The translations under genes and the position numbers were made by a program. From Vulcanimicrobiota bacterium (GTDB lineage Bacteria > Vulcanimicrobiota > Xenobia > Xenobiales > JADMJV01): a DNA stretch of 64,000 nucleotides. Within the stretch, counting starts at the first letter, position 1. Each line of letters begins with the position of its first letter. The notes beneath the pieces were generated by a model that did no database searches, was not told where the DNA came from, and saw only the letters and a program-made list of their open reading frames with translations. Below are positions 27,897 to 37,285 of the stretch, one piece after another. Location of the stretch: NCBI GenBank assembly GCA_050250895.1, contig JBFWNU010000003.1, positions 64,001 to 128,000 on the forward strand, read 5' to 3'.

Positions 27897-28705
27897 GAGT
27901 GTTGGTGACCGGCGCCGCCGGCAAGTTGGGGGCTTATGTGGTCGAGGCCCTGGCCGGCCATGAAGTGGTCACCTGGGAAACCCGCCAGCAGGTGGACCTG
28001 AGCGACCCCGAGTCAATTGCCCGCGGCCTCGAGCAGGCTCGAGCCGAGGTCATCATTCACACCGCCGCCATGTCGGCCATCGCCGAATGCCACCAGCAAC
28101 CCGAACTGGCTCGGCGCATCAACTGCCAGGCAGTGGGACAGCTCGCGGGCTCGGGAGCCCGGTTGATCCATGTCTCCACCGACCTGGTCTTTGGTGGCGA
28201 TCGGGCCCCCTACTGTGAAGATGACCCTCCCCAGCCTTTGTCGGTTTATGGTCGCACCAAGGCCGAGGCCGAGCCGCTGGTGGTCCATGCCGGCGGTACG
28301 GTGGTGCGGGTGGCCCTGTTGTTCGGGCCGAGCCCGCGGGGAGGTTTCTTCGACAGCCAGCTAGTCAACCTGCGGTCCGGCAAAGCGATGAGTCTGTTCG
28401 TCGACGAATGGCGTACACCGCTCTATCTGGGCTCGGCCGCCGAGGCCCTGGCCCTGTTGGTGGACCACCCCCACCCCGGCATCTTGCACGTGGGTGGCTC
28501 GCTGCGGATGAGCCGCTATGAGATGGGCCGGGCCCTGGCCGAGGCCATCGGGGCCGACCCTGACCTGATTCGGCCCAACCGGTGTGATGAAGTCGACTTT
28601 CCCGAGCCTCGGCCCACGGATGTATCGTTGGCCAGCGACCGCTTCAGGACGCTCTTTCCCGGGTGGAACGACCTGGACGTGGCCCAGGCCCTGGCCGGCA
28701 GATAG
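27893..28705 (+). CDS. RmlD-like SDR (dTDP-4-dehydrorhamnose reductase family)
   Basis: TGAAGKLG, STDLVF, YGRTK, DEWRTP and PRP.D.SL. Confidence 0.85.
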   Translation: MRVLVTGAAGKLGAYVVEALAGHEVVTWETRQQVDLSDPESIARGLEQARAEVIIHTAAMSAIAECHQQPELARRINCQAVGQLAGSGARLIHVSTDLVFGGDRAPYCEDDPPQPLSVYGRTKAEAEPLVVHAGGTVVRVALLFGPSPRGGFFDSQLVNLRSGKAMSLFVDEWRTPLYLGSAAEALALLVDHPHPGILHVGGSLRMSRYEMGRALAEAIGADPDLIRPNRCDEVDFPEPRPTDVSLASDRFRTLFPGWNDLDVAQALAGR

Positions 28706-28771
28706 CAGGAATCGCCCGGGGCCACGCCGCAGACGGTTGTTTCTTTGATCGAATCCTGAGGAAGTCCATAG

Positions 28772-29887
28772 ATGCCCTATCGATATAGCACAGGCGACGA
28801 GCGCCTGGATGAGGATCTGGCCGCCATCGTCGAGCGCTTCGGTCCCAGCCTCAATGCAGACCTCATCCACCAGATGATGGTGACTTGCTGCAAGCTGGTC
28901 AAGGACGGAACCGAACGCGGGGACGTCAAGATTCTCAACACCACCCTCAAGGAGATGCGCTACGCCTTCAAGGTCTTCTCGCCTTATCGCCGCTTGCGCA
29001 AGGTGTCGCTGTTCGGCTCCGCCCGGTGCGGCTCGGACACCGATGATTACAAGCAGGCGGTGGCTTTCGCCGAAGAGATCGCCAGGCGCGGCTTCATGAT
29101 CATCACCGGGGCGGGGCACGGAATCATGGAGGCGGGCAATCGCGGGGCCGGTCGCGACATGTCCTTCGGTGTCAACATTCGTCTGCCGTTCGAGCAGGTC
29201 GCTAACGACTATATCGCCCACGACAAGAAACTGGTCAACTTCAAGTATTTCTTCACCCGCAAGCTGGCCTTTCTTAAAGAGACCCACGGCATCGTCTGCA
29301 GCCCGGGCGGCTTCGGCACCCATGACGAGGGACTCGAGGTGATGACCCTGGTCCAGACCGGCAAGTCGCACATGCTGCCCATCGTGTTCATGCATCCCGA
29401 AGGCGGCACGTTCTGGACTGACTGGCACAACTACGTCACCGATCGCTTGCTCACTCGCGGCATGATCTCTCCCGAGGACCTCAGTCTCTATAAGATCACC
29501 GACAACTATCTCGACGCCTGTGACGAGGTGACGCGCTTCTACCGCCGCTACCACTCGATGCGTTACGTGCGCGATTTTCTGATCATTCGCCTTGAGGCCC
29601 CCCTCAATAGCGATGAGGTAGAACAACTCAACGACGAGTTTTCGGACTTGCTAAAGTCGGGTCGCATCGAGACCTGCGAGGCCCTCAAGGAAGAGACCGA
29701 CGCCGATATTCGCCATCTGCCGCGTCTCAAGATGCATTTTCGGCGCCGGTCTTTTGGCCGATTGCGCCAGATGGTCGACCGCATCAACAGCTTTCCGTTG
29801 CCGTATGAGTGCGTGGTCGAGGTTCCCGAGGCCGGCGAAGGCGGCCAGATTCCCGACGAGATCGATGACGGAGAGATCTCTGGTTAG
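28772..29887 (+). CDS. LOG family nucleotide phosphoribohydrolase
   Basis: FGSAR, TGAG.GIMEA, FKYFFTRK and PGGFGTHDE. Confidence 0.9.
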   Translation: MPYRYSTGDERLDEDLAAIVERFGPSLNADLIHQMMVTCCKLVKDGTERGDVKILNTTLKEMRYAFKVFSPYRRLRKVSLFGSARCGSDTDDYKQAVAFAEEIARRGFMIITGAGHGIMEAGNRGAGRDMSFGVNIRLPFEQVANDYIAHDKKLVNFKYFFTRKLAFLKETHGIVCSPGGFGTHDEGLEVMTLVQTGKSHMLPIVFMHPEGGTFWTDWHNYVTDRLLTRGMISPEDLSLYKITDNYLDACDEVTRFYRRYHSMRYVRDFLIIRLEAPLNSDEVEQLNDEFSDLLKSGRIETCEALKEETDADIRHLPRLKMHFRRRSFGRLRQMVDRINSFPLPYECVVEVPEAGEGGQIPDEIDDGEISG

Positions 29888-30498
29888 TGTCGGACCTGCT
29901 CCAGAAACTGGCTCCCAAGCTGCGTCACGATCTGCGCGGTCCGCTGCTCAACATCAAGATGGGCTTGCAGTTGCTCGAGGGCGACGGCGAGAACGCCGAG
30001 CTGATAAGTTCCTTGTTGGGTGAAGTCGAGCGGGCCCAACAACTGGTGGGCAAGCTGGTCGACCTGGCCGCCGCCGAGGCTCCCAAGAAGGTCGGCATGC
30101 GGCTGGCTCCGGTAGTTCACCAGTTCGCCAGCGAGAGCAAGGTCGAGTTGGGTCAGGTCGATGACCTGACCATCTCGGGCGATCCCGATCTGGTGCTCAA
30201 GACCCTGGGCTATCTCGGTGAGAATGCCCTTCAGGCCGGCGCCGACAAAGTCATGGTCGAGCTGGTTGACGAGGGCGCCGCGGCTCGCTTGACCATTGAA
30301 GATTCGGGTCCTGGACTCGAAGAAGACTTGTGGTCCAAAGTGCTTGAGCCCGGCTTTTCTACCCGCGCCCGCAACGGGCTGGGATTGGCCATCACCCGCA
30401 CCGTCTGCGAGTCGCACGGAGGTTCGATCGAGCTGGGGCGCTCCCAACGCCTGGGTGGGTTGGCCGTGACCGCGCGCTTCGCCAAGGAGACGACGTGA
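29887..30498 (+). CDS. Sensor-less histidine kinase
   Basis: HDLRGPL, ENALQA, DSGPG and GLGLAI; no input domain. Confidence 0.85.
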   Translation: MSDLLQKLAPKLRHDLRGPLLNIKMGLQLLEGDGENAELISSLLGEVERAQQLVGKLVDLAAAEAPKKVGMRLAPVVHQFASESKVELGQVDDLTISGDPDLVLKTLGYLGENALQAGADKVMVELVDEGAAARLTIEDSGPGLEEDLWSKVLEPGFSTRARNGLGLAITRTVCESHGGSIELGRSQRLGGLAVTARFAKETT

Positions 30499-30971
30499 TC
30501 AGCCCTGACACCTTTCGCGCTTGCATGGGACGGTTCGCCACCGGGGTCACGGTGGTGACGACCCGGGCCGGCGATCAGATCCACGGGATGACCGTCAACT
30601 CCTTCACTTCGGTCTCGCTGCACCCGCCCCTGGTGTTGTTTTGTCCCAACAAATTGACCCGCACCCTGGAGTTGATCCGCGAAGGCGGAGTCTTCGCCAT
30701 CAACGTGCTGGCCGAAAACCAGAAAGACCTGTGTCTGCGCTTTGCGGGCATGACCGAACTCGAAGACCGCTTCGTCGGCCTGACCCACCAGCCGGGCCCG
30801 GCCAGCGGATGCCCACTTTTCGACCAGGCTCTGGCCCACCTCGAGTGTCGCAAGGTCGATGAGCGCGAGGCGGGTGACCATGTCATCGTGGTGGGCGAAG
30901 TCATCGGCCTTGACTACCACGACGGCCGACCGCTGCTGTTCTTCTCGAGCGGTTACCCCAGCCTGCGTTAA
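30495..30971 (+). CDS. Flavin reductase family protein
   Basis: FATGVTVVT, SFTSVSL.PP and GDH. Confidence 0.92.
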   Translation: MISPDTFRACMGRFATGVTVVTTRAGDQIHGMTVNSFTSVSLHPPLVLFCPNKLTRTLELIREGGVFAINVLAENQKDLCLRFAGMTELEDRFVGLTHQPGPASGCPLFDQALAHLECRKVDEREAGDHVIVVGEVIGLDYHDGRPLLFFSSGYPSLR

Positions 30972-31018
30972 ACGGTTTCGTGACGCTCCAGCTTTAAGCT
31001 CAGCCTATGCTAGTGCGC

Positions 31019-31936
31019 ATGGCCAGATTTGCTTTGCCCCCGCTGGCGCGGCCGCGAGCGGCCGCGGTGGCCGAGGGACCGGTCGACCTGGTCGAGTTGA
31101 GCGGAGGGGCGGCCCCGGTGGACGCTCCCACGATCGGCGGCGTGGCCCTGCCCCGGTGGGCCCAAAAACCGCTGGCTTTTGGTTGGGACTGCCCGGCCGA
31201 CGAGTTCTCTCGCCGCTGCCGCGAGGCCGTGGCCGGCCTGACGAGCGGCCAGCCCTTAGAGCGGCTCAAACTGGGCGAGAACTTTACCAATTCGGTCTAT
31301 CTGGTGCACCTCGACAACGGCTTGGCGGCTATCTGGAAGCCCGAATCGGGAGAATACGCCCGCCCGTTGCGGGTGAACATTTCCCCTCAGCAAGAGGCTC
31401 GTCGTGAAGTCATGGGCTACCTCCTCGATGCCGCCCTGGGACATCTGGCCCGCGTGCCTCCGCTGGTGCGCCGCCAGCTCGACGGAAGCTGGGGAACCTT
31501 GCAGCTGTTCGTGCCGGGGACGGGACCGGGCCAGCCTTTCGAGGGCACTCCTCGTTATGGGGATGTGGCCGTCTATGACCATGTGGTGGGCAATCTCGAC
31601 CGCCATGATCACAACTGGCTCCAGGACGAGGCGGGTAACATCATTCCCATCGATCACGGCCTGATCTTGCCCGAGAGCAACAGCGCCCAGGGCGCCCACA
31701 ATTTTCTGCTGTCGGAGCCGATCGAACTCGAACCCCGCCATCGCCAGGCCCTCGAAAGACTCCAGCAAAGCTGGCCCCAATTGCAGGCAAGCGCCAGCCA
31801 ATTGGGGCTGCCTCAAGAAACGCTGATGGCTATGCGAGACCGGGTCAAGCTGATGCGGCTCACGGGCCGGACCTCGAACGGCTGGCGGGGCGGGGATGAC
31901 TTTCCCACCTGTTACCAGGCGGGGCTAGCCTTCTAG
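31019..31936 (+). CDS. PI3/PI4-kinase-like protein
   Basis: WKP..GE, REV..YLLD, VPP, GTLQLFV, NLDRH..N and IDHGL.LP. ATG 31007 is an alternative start. Confidence 0.8.
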   Translation: MARFALPPLARPRAAAVAEGPVDLVELSGGAAPVDAPTIGGVALPRWAQKPLAFGWDCPADEFSRRCREAVAGLTSGQPLERLKLGENFTNSVYLVHLDNGLAAIWKPESGEYARPLRVNISPQQEARREVMGYLLDAALGHLARVPPLVRRQLDGSWGTLQLFVPGTGPGQPFEGTPRYGDVAVYDHVVGNLDRHDHNWLQDEAGNIIPIDHGLILPESNSAQGAHNFLLSEPIELEPRHRQALERLQQSWPQLQASASQLGLPQETLMAMRDRVKLMRLTGRTSNGWRGGDDFPTCYQAGLAF

Positions 31937-31937
31937 C

Positions 31938-32435
31938 TTACCAGATTTCGGGTTCGGTGAAGCCGCTGTAGACCCCGACCGCGCCGCCCAGGGCGGCCAG
32001 TCCAATCACGCCGGGCCAGCCAGCGGCTGCGCCCACCACGGAAGTGAGGGTTCCGCTCAGGGCTCCGATGGCGGCCCCACCGGGGACCATCAACATGGCC
32101 AGCATGATGCCACCCTGCTCTTTGCCGGGGGTCAGTTCCCAGCCGGCGATGGCTCCGTGGCAGGCTCCGTAGGCTTGACCACCGGCTCCGCCCACCAGGG
32201 CTCCGGCCAGGTCGCTGTGGGGGCCGTGGCCGAAACCGATGCTGCGTCCGGCGGCGCCGAGGGCGGCCGGAACGGCCATGAAGGCGGCGCACTTGAGGCC
32301 GCGGCGCAGGGCGATCTTCCAGTTGCCCTTGGGCTGCGAGGGCTGAAATTCGTCTTTAGGTTGCTCGGGCGCGGGTTGGTCGGCGGCGCGAGGGGAGGGA
32401 AGGGCTTTGGGCGTGGAAATGGCGGAAATTTTCAT
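31938..32435 (-). CDS. Hypothetical glycine-zipper membrane protein with MKI start
   Basis: AGGAG RBS before ATG 32435; P/Q-rich linker then GxxxG helices. Confidence 0.7.
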   Translation of the reverse strand: MKISAISTPKALPSPRAADQPAPEQPKDEFQPSQPKGNWKIALRRGLKCAAFMAVPAALGAAGRSIGFGHGPHSDLAGALVGGAGGQAYGACHGAIAGWELTPGKEQGGIMLAMLMVPGGAAIGALSGTLTSVVGAAAGWPGVIGLAALGGAVGVYSGFTEPEIW

Positions 32436-32511
32436 GATTGTGCTCCTGCTTTGTATTTGTGTCAAACCAGGAGTATCACGGACTTTCCGCTGGACTATTT
32501 CCGGTGTGTTA

Positions 32512-33843
32512 TCAGTCAGCGATCTCGACCGAGATGCCGCCGATGGTGAGGGCCTCGGGAGTGACCTCGAGTTCGAGCAGCGAGCGCGGCCGACCCGATA
32601 GCGCCGCCAGAGCCGCCTCGAAGGCCTGCTGGGGAAGGCTGCCCACCACCCGTTCGAGCCGCATGCGGTAGGCGCACTCGCGCTCGGCTTCGGCCAGGTT
32701 CTCGAGGCTGAGCTGGCCGCTCTGAAAGGCATCCTGCAGGCGTTTTTGATGCTGGTCGCGGCTGGCGAAGTCGCCGTGCAACCAGAGGTCGTCGGCCAAC
32801 CGCTTGCCACAGTCTTCGAAACTCTCGTGAGCGCCCTTCTCGGCCAGGACCTGGTCGAGGAACTGGCGGTCGTGACGGGCCGGGCCGGGCTCGGCCAGCA
32901 CATCGCCCACCACCCCCGGCAGGTCGGCTCCTTCGGGCAGCTGGGCTTGGAGTTGCGAGTAGTGGTCGACGGTCCAGTCAACGAAGCGGTTGACCTGATC
33001 GGGCTTGAGACCAAGCTCGCTCAGCCGGGTTTCAAGACCGGCGAACTGGTCCCAGAGGGGATCGAGCGTTCCGCCCAGGTTCTCGATGGCAGCCATCCGG
33101 CGTATTGCCTGGTCATAGTCAGGCGCCTGGGCTATGCGTTGCCAGACGCCGTTTTCGGCCCGGGCGGCCAGAGGAATCAGGTGAAAGAGTTCATTATTCT
33201 CGATGCCCGGACGCAGCGAAGCCAGCCGGCCGAGGGCGGCCTCGCGCTCTTCGGGCGAGGCTTCTTCTTCCAGGCGGTGGGTGCCCCAGGCGGCCAGGCT
33301 GGGCGAGCCGGTCAAGCCCAACAGAGTGCGAAAGGGGGTCGAATGGCCGTGGAAGTGGTTGACTTCGATCTTGAGCGCATTGCGGGCGTCGACCTGAGGA
33401 CCCCCGCCGGGACCACCGGCGCGACCGGTCACTACCAGCGCTTGCAGCTCGAGGAAGTCGCGATAGCCGCTAACAAGGTCGGGCGGAGTCTGGTTGGGCG
33501 TATAGTCGAGCGGGGCCGACAAGCCGTTGAGCGAAACGCTTTCGTTCGAGGGCGAGCAGCGATGGAGCACGCCATCTACCTCTTGCAGGCTGGCCCAGGC
33601 CATCTGATCGAGCAGCAGCGCATTGGGGCCGGGCGGGAAGGCATCGATGGCCAGCTGCAGCGCGGTGACTCTGGCCTGCCGGTCAAGTCCCGCCAGGGGT
33701 CCTGGACCTTGCTCGACCATGTTCGACAACAGCTCGAGCGAATCTTCGATCACGGGTTGCTCGTGCTGGCCGACCTGGTGGGCCAGCTTGACGAATCGCT
33801 GTCTTTCGACCGGGCTCAAGCCGGCAGTGGCGCGGACATTCAT
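32512..33843 (-). CDS. Hypothetical helical protein carrying the shared C-terminal tag
   Basis: 443-aa ORF ending LEVTPEALTIGGISVEIAD. Confidence 0.7.
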   Translation of the reverse strand: MNVRATAGLSPVERQRFVKLAHQVGQHEQPVIEDSLELLSNMVEQGPGPLAGLDRQARVTALQLAIDAFPPGPNALLLDQMAWASLQEVDGVLHRCSPSNESVSLNGLSAPLDYTPNQTPPDLVSGYRDFLELQALVVTGRAGGPGGGPQVDARNALKIEVNHFHGHSTPFRTLLGLTGSPSLAAWGTHRLEEEASPEEREAALGRLASLRPGIENNELFHLIPLAARAENGVWQRIAQAPDYDQAIRRMAAIENLGGTLDPLWDQFAGLETRLSELGLKPDQVNRFVDWTVDHYSQLQAQLPEGADLPGVVGDVLAEPGPARHDRQFLDQVLAEKGAHESFEDCGKRLADDLWLHGDFASRDQHQKRLQDAFQSGQLSLENLAEAERECAYRMRLERVVGSLPQQAFEAALAALSGRPRSLLELEVTPEALTIGGISVEIAD

Positions 33844-33910
33844 GCTGCGATGCTAGGACAACGGGCTGAAAAAACAGTGATACTTCGGCCCCGCCGCGAA
33901 AGGCCCGGCC

Positions 33911-35176
33911 ATGAGAACTGTGTTGCTCGTTCTGCTGCTCTTTGCCCAGGCACTGGCCGACCCGGTGCTCGATCAGGTCGTGCCCGGCGCGCTCGAGCAT
34001 TATCGCTGGTTTCACGGCCATCCCGAACTCTCGAACCAGGAAGAGCATACGGCCGCTTACCTGGCCGCCGAGTTGCGCAAGCTGGGTCTCGAGGTCGAAA
34101 CGGGCATCGGCGGCCACGGCCTGGTGGGGGTTCTGCGCGGGCAGGGTCCCGGCCCGGTGGTGCTCTATCGAGCCGATATGGATGCCCTGCCGGTGACGGA
34201 GGCCACCGGCCTGGCCTACGCCAGTACGAACAACGGCGTCATGCACGCCTGTGGCCACGACCTGCATCTGGCCGTGGCCCTGGCCAGCCTGGCCGTGATG
34301 GCGCGCCAGCGGGATTGGCCAGGAACGATCCTGTTTGTCGGTCAACCCGCCGAAGAGGTGGGTAGGGGAGCCCGCGCGATGCTGGCCGACCCCCGCTTGA
34401 TCGAGCTCCTGGGGCGGGTGGGGCGACCGGGTGCCGCCCTGGCCTTGCACGATAGCGCTACCATGCCGGTGGGGCAGGTGGCCGTGACCGGCGGGTTCGT
34501 GAGCGCCAATGTCGACTCGGTCGACATCCTCATCCATGGCCTCGGAGGCCACGGCGCCCACCCCGAGACCACCGTCGACCCCATCGTCATCGGTGCAGAG
34601 ACGGTGCTGGCCTTGCAGACCATCGTCAGCCGCAAGTTGGCTCCCGGCACCCGAGCGGTGGTCACGGTGGGTCGCTTCTCGGCTGGTACCAAGCACAACA
34701 TCATTCCTTCCCAGACTTTGCTGCAGCTGACGGTGCGCTCTTACGAAGACGAGGTAAGAGCCAGGCTGCTCGAGGAGATCGAGGCCGTGGCTGTGGGAGT
34801 GGCTCGGACCCACGGGGCCCCCCGCGATCCCGAAGTGACCTCTTCTGAAGAGTACACCCGGGCCGGCTACAATGACCCCCAGTTAACCGAGCGTATCGCC
34901 CAGGTCTTCAAGCCGCTATTGGGCCCCGAGGGGCTGGCTCCGGACGGTGAACCCAGTATGGGCGGAGAGGATTTCTTCGAGTTTCCCCATCAATTGGGCT
35001 GCCCGGGAATGATGTTCAGTCTGGGGGCGGCTGCCCCGGAGAGCCTGGCCCAACCCAACCCTCCCGGGCTGCATTCCGATCGCTGGTCGCCCGCCGCCGA
35101 GCCGGCTCTGCGGCTGGGAACTCAGCTGATGGTAGCCGCCTTGCGCGAGGTGCTGGGTGCGCGAGCTACAGATTGA
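33911..35176 (+). CDS. M20 family amidohydrolase, exported
   Basis: HPELS, RADMDALP, MHACGHD, QPAEE, GGHGA.P and GGEDF. Confidence 0.92.
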   Translation: MRTVLLVLLLFAQALADPVLDQVVPGALEHYRWFHGHPELSNQEEHTAAYLAAELRKLGLEVETGIGGHGLVGVLRGQGPGPVVLYRADMDALPVTEATGLAYASTNNGVMHACGHDLHLAVALASLAVMARQRDWPGTILFVGQPAEEVGRGARAMLADPRLIELLGRVGRPGAALALHDSATMPVGQVAVTGGFVSANVDSVDILIHGLGGHGAHPETTVDPIVIGAETVLALQTIVSRKLAPGTRAVVTVGRFSAGTKHNIIPSQTLLQLTVRSYEDEVRARLLEEIEAVAVGVARTHGAPRDPEVTSSEEYTRAGYNDPQLTERIAQVFKPLLGPEGLAPDGEPSMGGEDFFEFPHQLGCPGMMFSLGAAAPESLAQPNPPGLHSDRWSPAAEPALRLGTQLMVAALREVLGARATD

Positions 35177-36572
35177 ACTCGCGGCGGGGGCGGAGCCTCT
35201 CTATCGCCGCCTGACCGCCAGCCTGCAGAGTTGCCTGGAAAGCGGCCAGCTGCAGGTGGGTGAGCTGTTGCCCTCGAGCCGCGCCCTGGCTCGCCAGCTC
35301 GGGGTTCACCGCCAGACGGTGTTGACGGCTCTCGACGAGCTGCAGGCCGAAGGTTGGCTGGCAGCCGAGCCCGGGCGTGGCTATCGGGTGGTGGCCCTTC
35401 CGGCCACGGCGCCGACCCGGGCCGGCCAGGCTCGCCCCCGGTTCGTCTGGCAGTTGCGTGCTCCCGACCCCGATCCGCCGCCGGCGCTGGGCTTTCCCAG
35501 TGGCCGGCCCGACCTTACGAAGTTCCCGGTCAAGGAATACTACGCCGCCATTCGCGAGGTGCTGCGTCGCCACGAGCCCACCCAGTTGCTGGGCTACAGC
35601 GATCCGCGCGGCAAGCCGGCCCTGCGCCGCGAGTTGACGCGTTATCTTCGGCGGGCCCGGGGGATCCGAGCCGAAGAGGATGAAGTGGTGATCACCCACG
35701 GCAGTCAAGAGGCCATCTTTCTGCTGGCTCAACTGTTGCTCGAGCCCGGCGACGAGGTGGCCGTCGAGACACCGGGCTACCCTCCCGCCTGGGCGGCCTT
35801 TCGCCAGTGTGGAGCGCGCCTGGTTGGGGTCGAGGTGGATACCGACGGATTACGGCCCGACCAGTTACACGGCCTGAGCTCGAAAGTCAAACTGCTCTAT
35901 CTGACTTCGATTCACCAGTACCCCACCACCGTGACCCTGGCGGGACCGCGCCGCCGGCGGGTCTATGAATGGGCCTGTGAACGCGGTGTGCCTATCCTCG
36001 AGGATGACTACGACAACGAATTTCACTATCGCGGTCCCGGCGACGCCACTCTCAAAGCGCGCGACCCGGCCGGTCTGGTGCTCTATTGCTCGACCTTTTC
36101 CAAGGTGCTCCATCCGTCGTCCCGGTTGGGCTTTGCGGTCGTCCCGTCCGAGGTGGCCGGGCCGCTGGCAGCACTAAAAGACGTGGTCAGTCGTCAGAAC
36201 GACGGGCTCACCCAGGAAGCCGTAGCCTGGTGGATGGAGCAGGGCGGGTTCGAGCGTCATCTGCGCCGCATGCGCCGGCTCTATGAGAAAAAGCGGGACC
36301 ATCTGGCCAGCCTCCTGGCCGAAACCGACTTCACCTTTCAACTGCCCGACGGAGGGATGTGCTTGTGGCTGGATGTGGGCGTCTGTAGCCAGCGAGTAGC
36401 GCACGAGGCGACTCGGCTGGGTCTGGGGCTGCGCCCCGGTAACAGCTATCTCCTCGACGGGGGCCAGAGCACCTGTCTGCGGCTCGGATTTTGTGCTCCG
36501 GCAATCGAGCAGTTGACCCGATCTACGGGCCTGCTCGTGCAGGCCGTCGCCCGCTCGAGGACGAACCTCTGA
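35157..36572 (+). CDS. MocR/GabR-type GntR regulator with PLP aminotransferase domain
   Basis: LPSSR.LA..LGV.R.TV, EDDYDNEF and STFSK. Confidence 0.92.
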   Translation: MRELQIELAAGAEPLYRRLTASLQSCLESGQLQVGELLPSSRALARQLGVHRQTVLTALDELQAEGWLAAEPGRGYRVVALPATAPTRAGQARPRFVWQLRAPDPDPPPALGFPSGRPDLTKFPVKEYYAAIREVLRRHEPTQLLGYSDPRGKPALRRELTRYLRRARGIRAEEDEVVITHGSQEAIFLLAQLLLEPGDEVAVETPGYPPAWAAFRQCGARLVGVEVDTDGLRPDQLHGLSSKVKLLYLTSIHQYPTTVTLAGPRRRRVYEWACERGVPILEDDYDNEFHYRGPGDATLKARDPAGLVLYCSTFSKVLHPSSRLGFAVVPSEVAGPLAALKDVVSRQNDGLTQEAVAWWMEQGGFERHLRRMRRLYEKKRDHLASLLAETDFTFQLPDGGMCLWLDVGVCSQRVAHEATRLGLGLRPGNSYLLDGGQSTCLRLGFCAPAIEQLTRSTGLLVQAVARSRTNL

Positions 36573-36574
36573 GC

Positions 36575-37285
36575 GTGTTTGACAAGTTGCTTAGCAAGTT
36601 CAAAGCGGCTGTGGCGGGGGTGTCGATACCGGCCCAAGAGCGACGGGCCGTCATCCGCATCGGCGGTAAGGGTTTTACCGTCAATGGCCACGATGGTTCT
36701 AGCGCCTTTCAATGTGACCTGCTGGACGTGAGCGTGGCCGGGGCCCGCATTCGGGCCGAACACAGGCTCAAAGTTGGGGCCCGCGTGCGCCTGAGCAAAG
36801 ACACCCTGGGCGATAGCGTCAACGGGCGGGTCGTCTGGGCCGGCAGTCGGCTGGGCACGCTCAAGGGCCAGTATGGTGTGGTGTTCGAAGAGAGCAAAGA
36901 AGTCATGGCTCGCAGTTGGACGAAGCGCTGCTTGCAGCAGCTGGGTCTGGGCTCGAAGATCGGCATTCAAGAGCGGCGCCGAACGGTGCGCATGCCAACC
37001 AATTTCGCTGCCGCCATGGGCAACTTCCAGGGCGAGATCATGTGCGACGGCAAGCTGGTCCAGCTCTCGGCCGGAGGTTGCGTGTTGGCCATTCCCAGCC
37101 ACGTCGACGTGGGCACCCGCGTCTCTTTGATGGTGCCTGCCCTGGGCACGCTCGAGCCTTTGATCTGTCCGGGTACGGTCAAGCATATCCGCAAGGGCGG
37201 TCAGACGGTGCTGGCAGCTATCGAGTTTCACCAGCCCAAGGTGGACCTGGTGGTTCGCTACCTTAACCAGTTGGCCAATACGTGA
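36575..37285 (+). CDS. Tandem PilZ-domain protein
   Basis: ERRAVIR...DVSVAG and ERRRTVR...QLSAGG. Confidence 0.8.
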   Translation: MFDKLLSKFKAAVAGVSIPAQERRAVIRIGGKGFTVNGHDGSSAFQCDLLDVSVAGARIRAEHRLKVGARVRLSKDTLGDSVNGRVVWAGSRLGTLKGQYGVVFEESKEVMARSWTKRCLQQLGLGSKIGIQERRRTVRMPTNFAAAMGNFQGEIMCDGKLVQLSAGGCVLAIPSHVDVGTRVSLMVPALGTLEPLICPGTVKHIRKGGQTVLAAIEFHQPKVDLVVRYLNQLANT

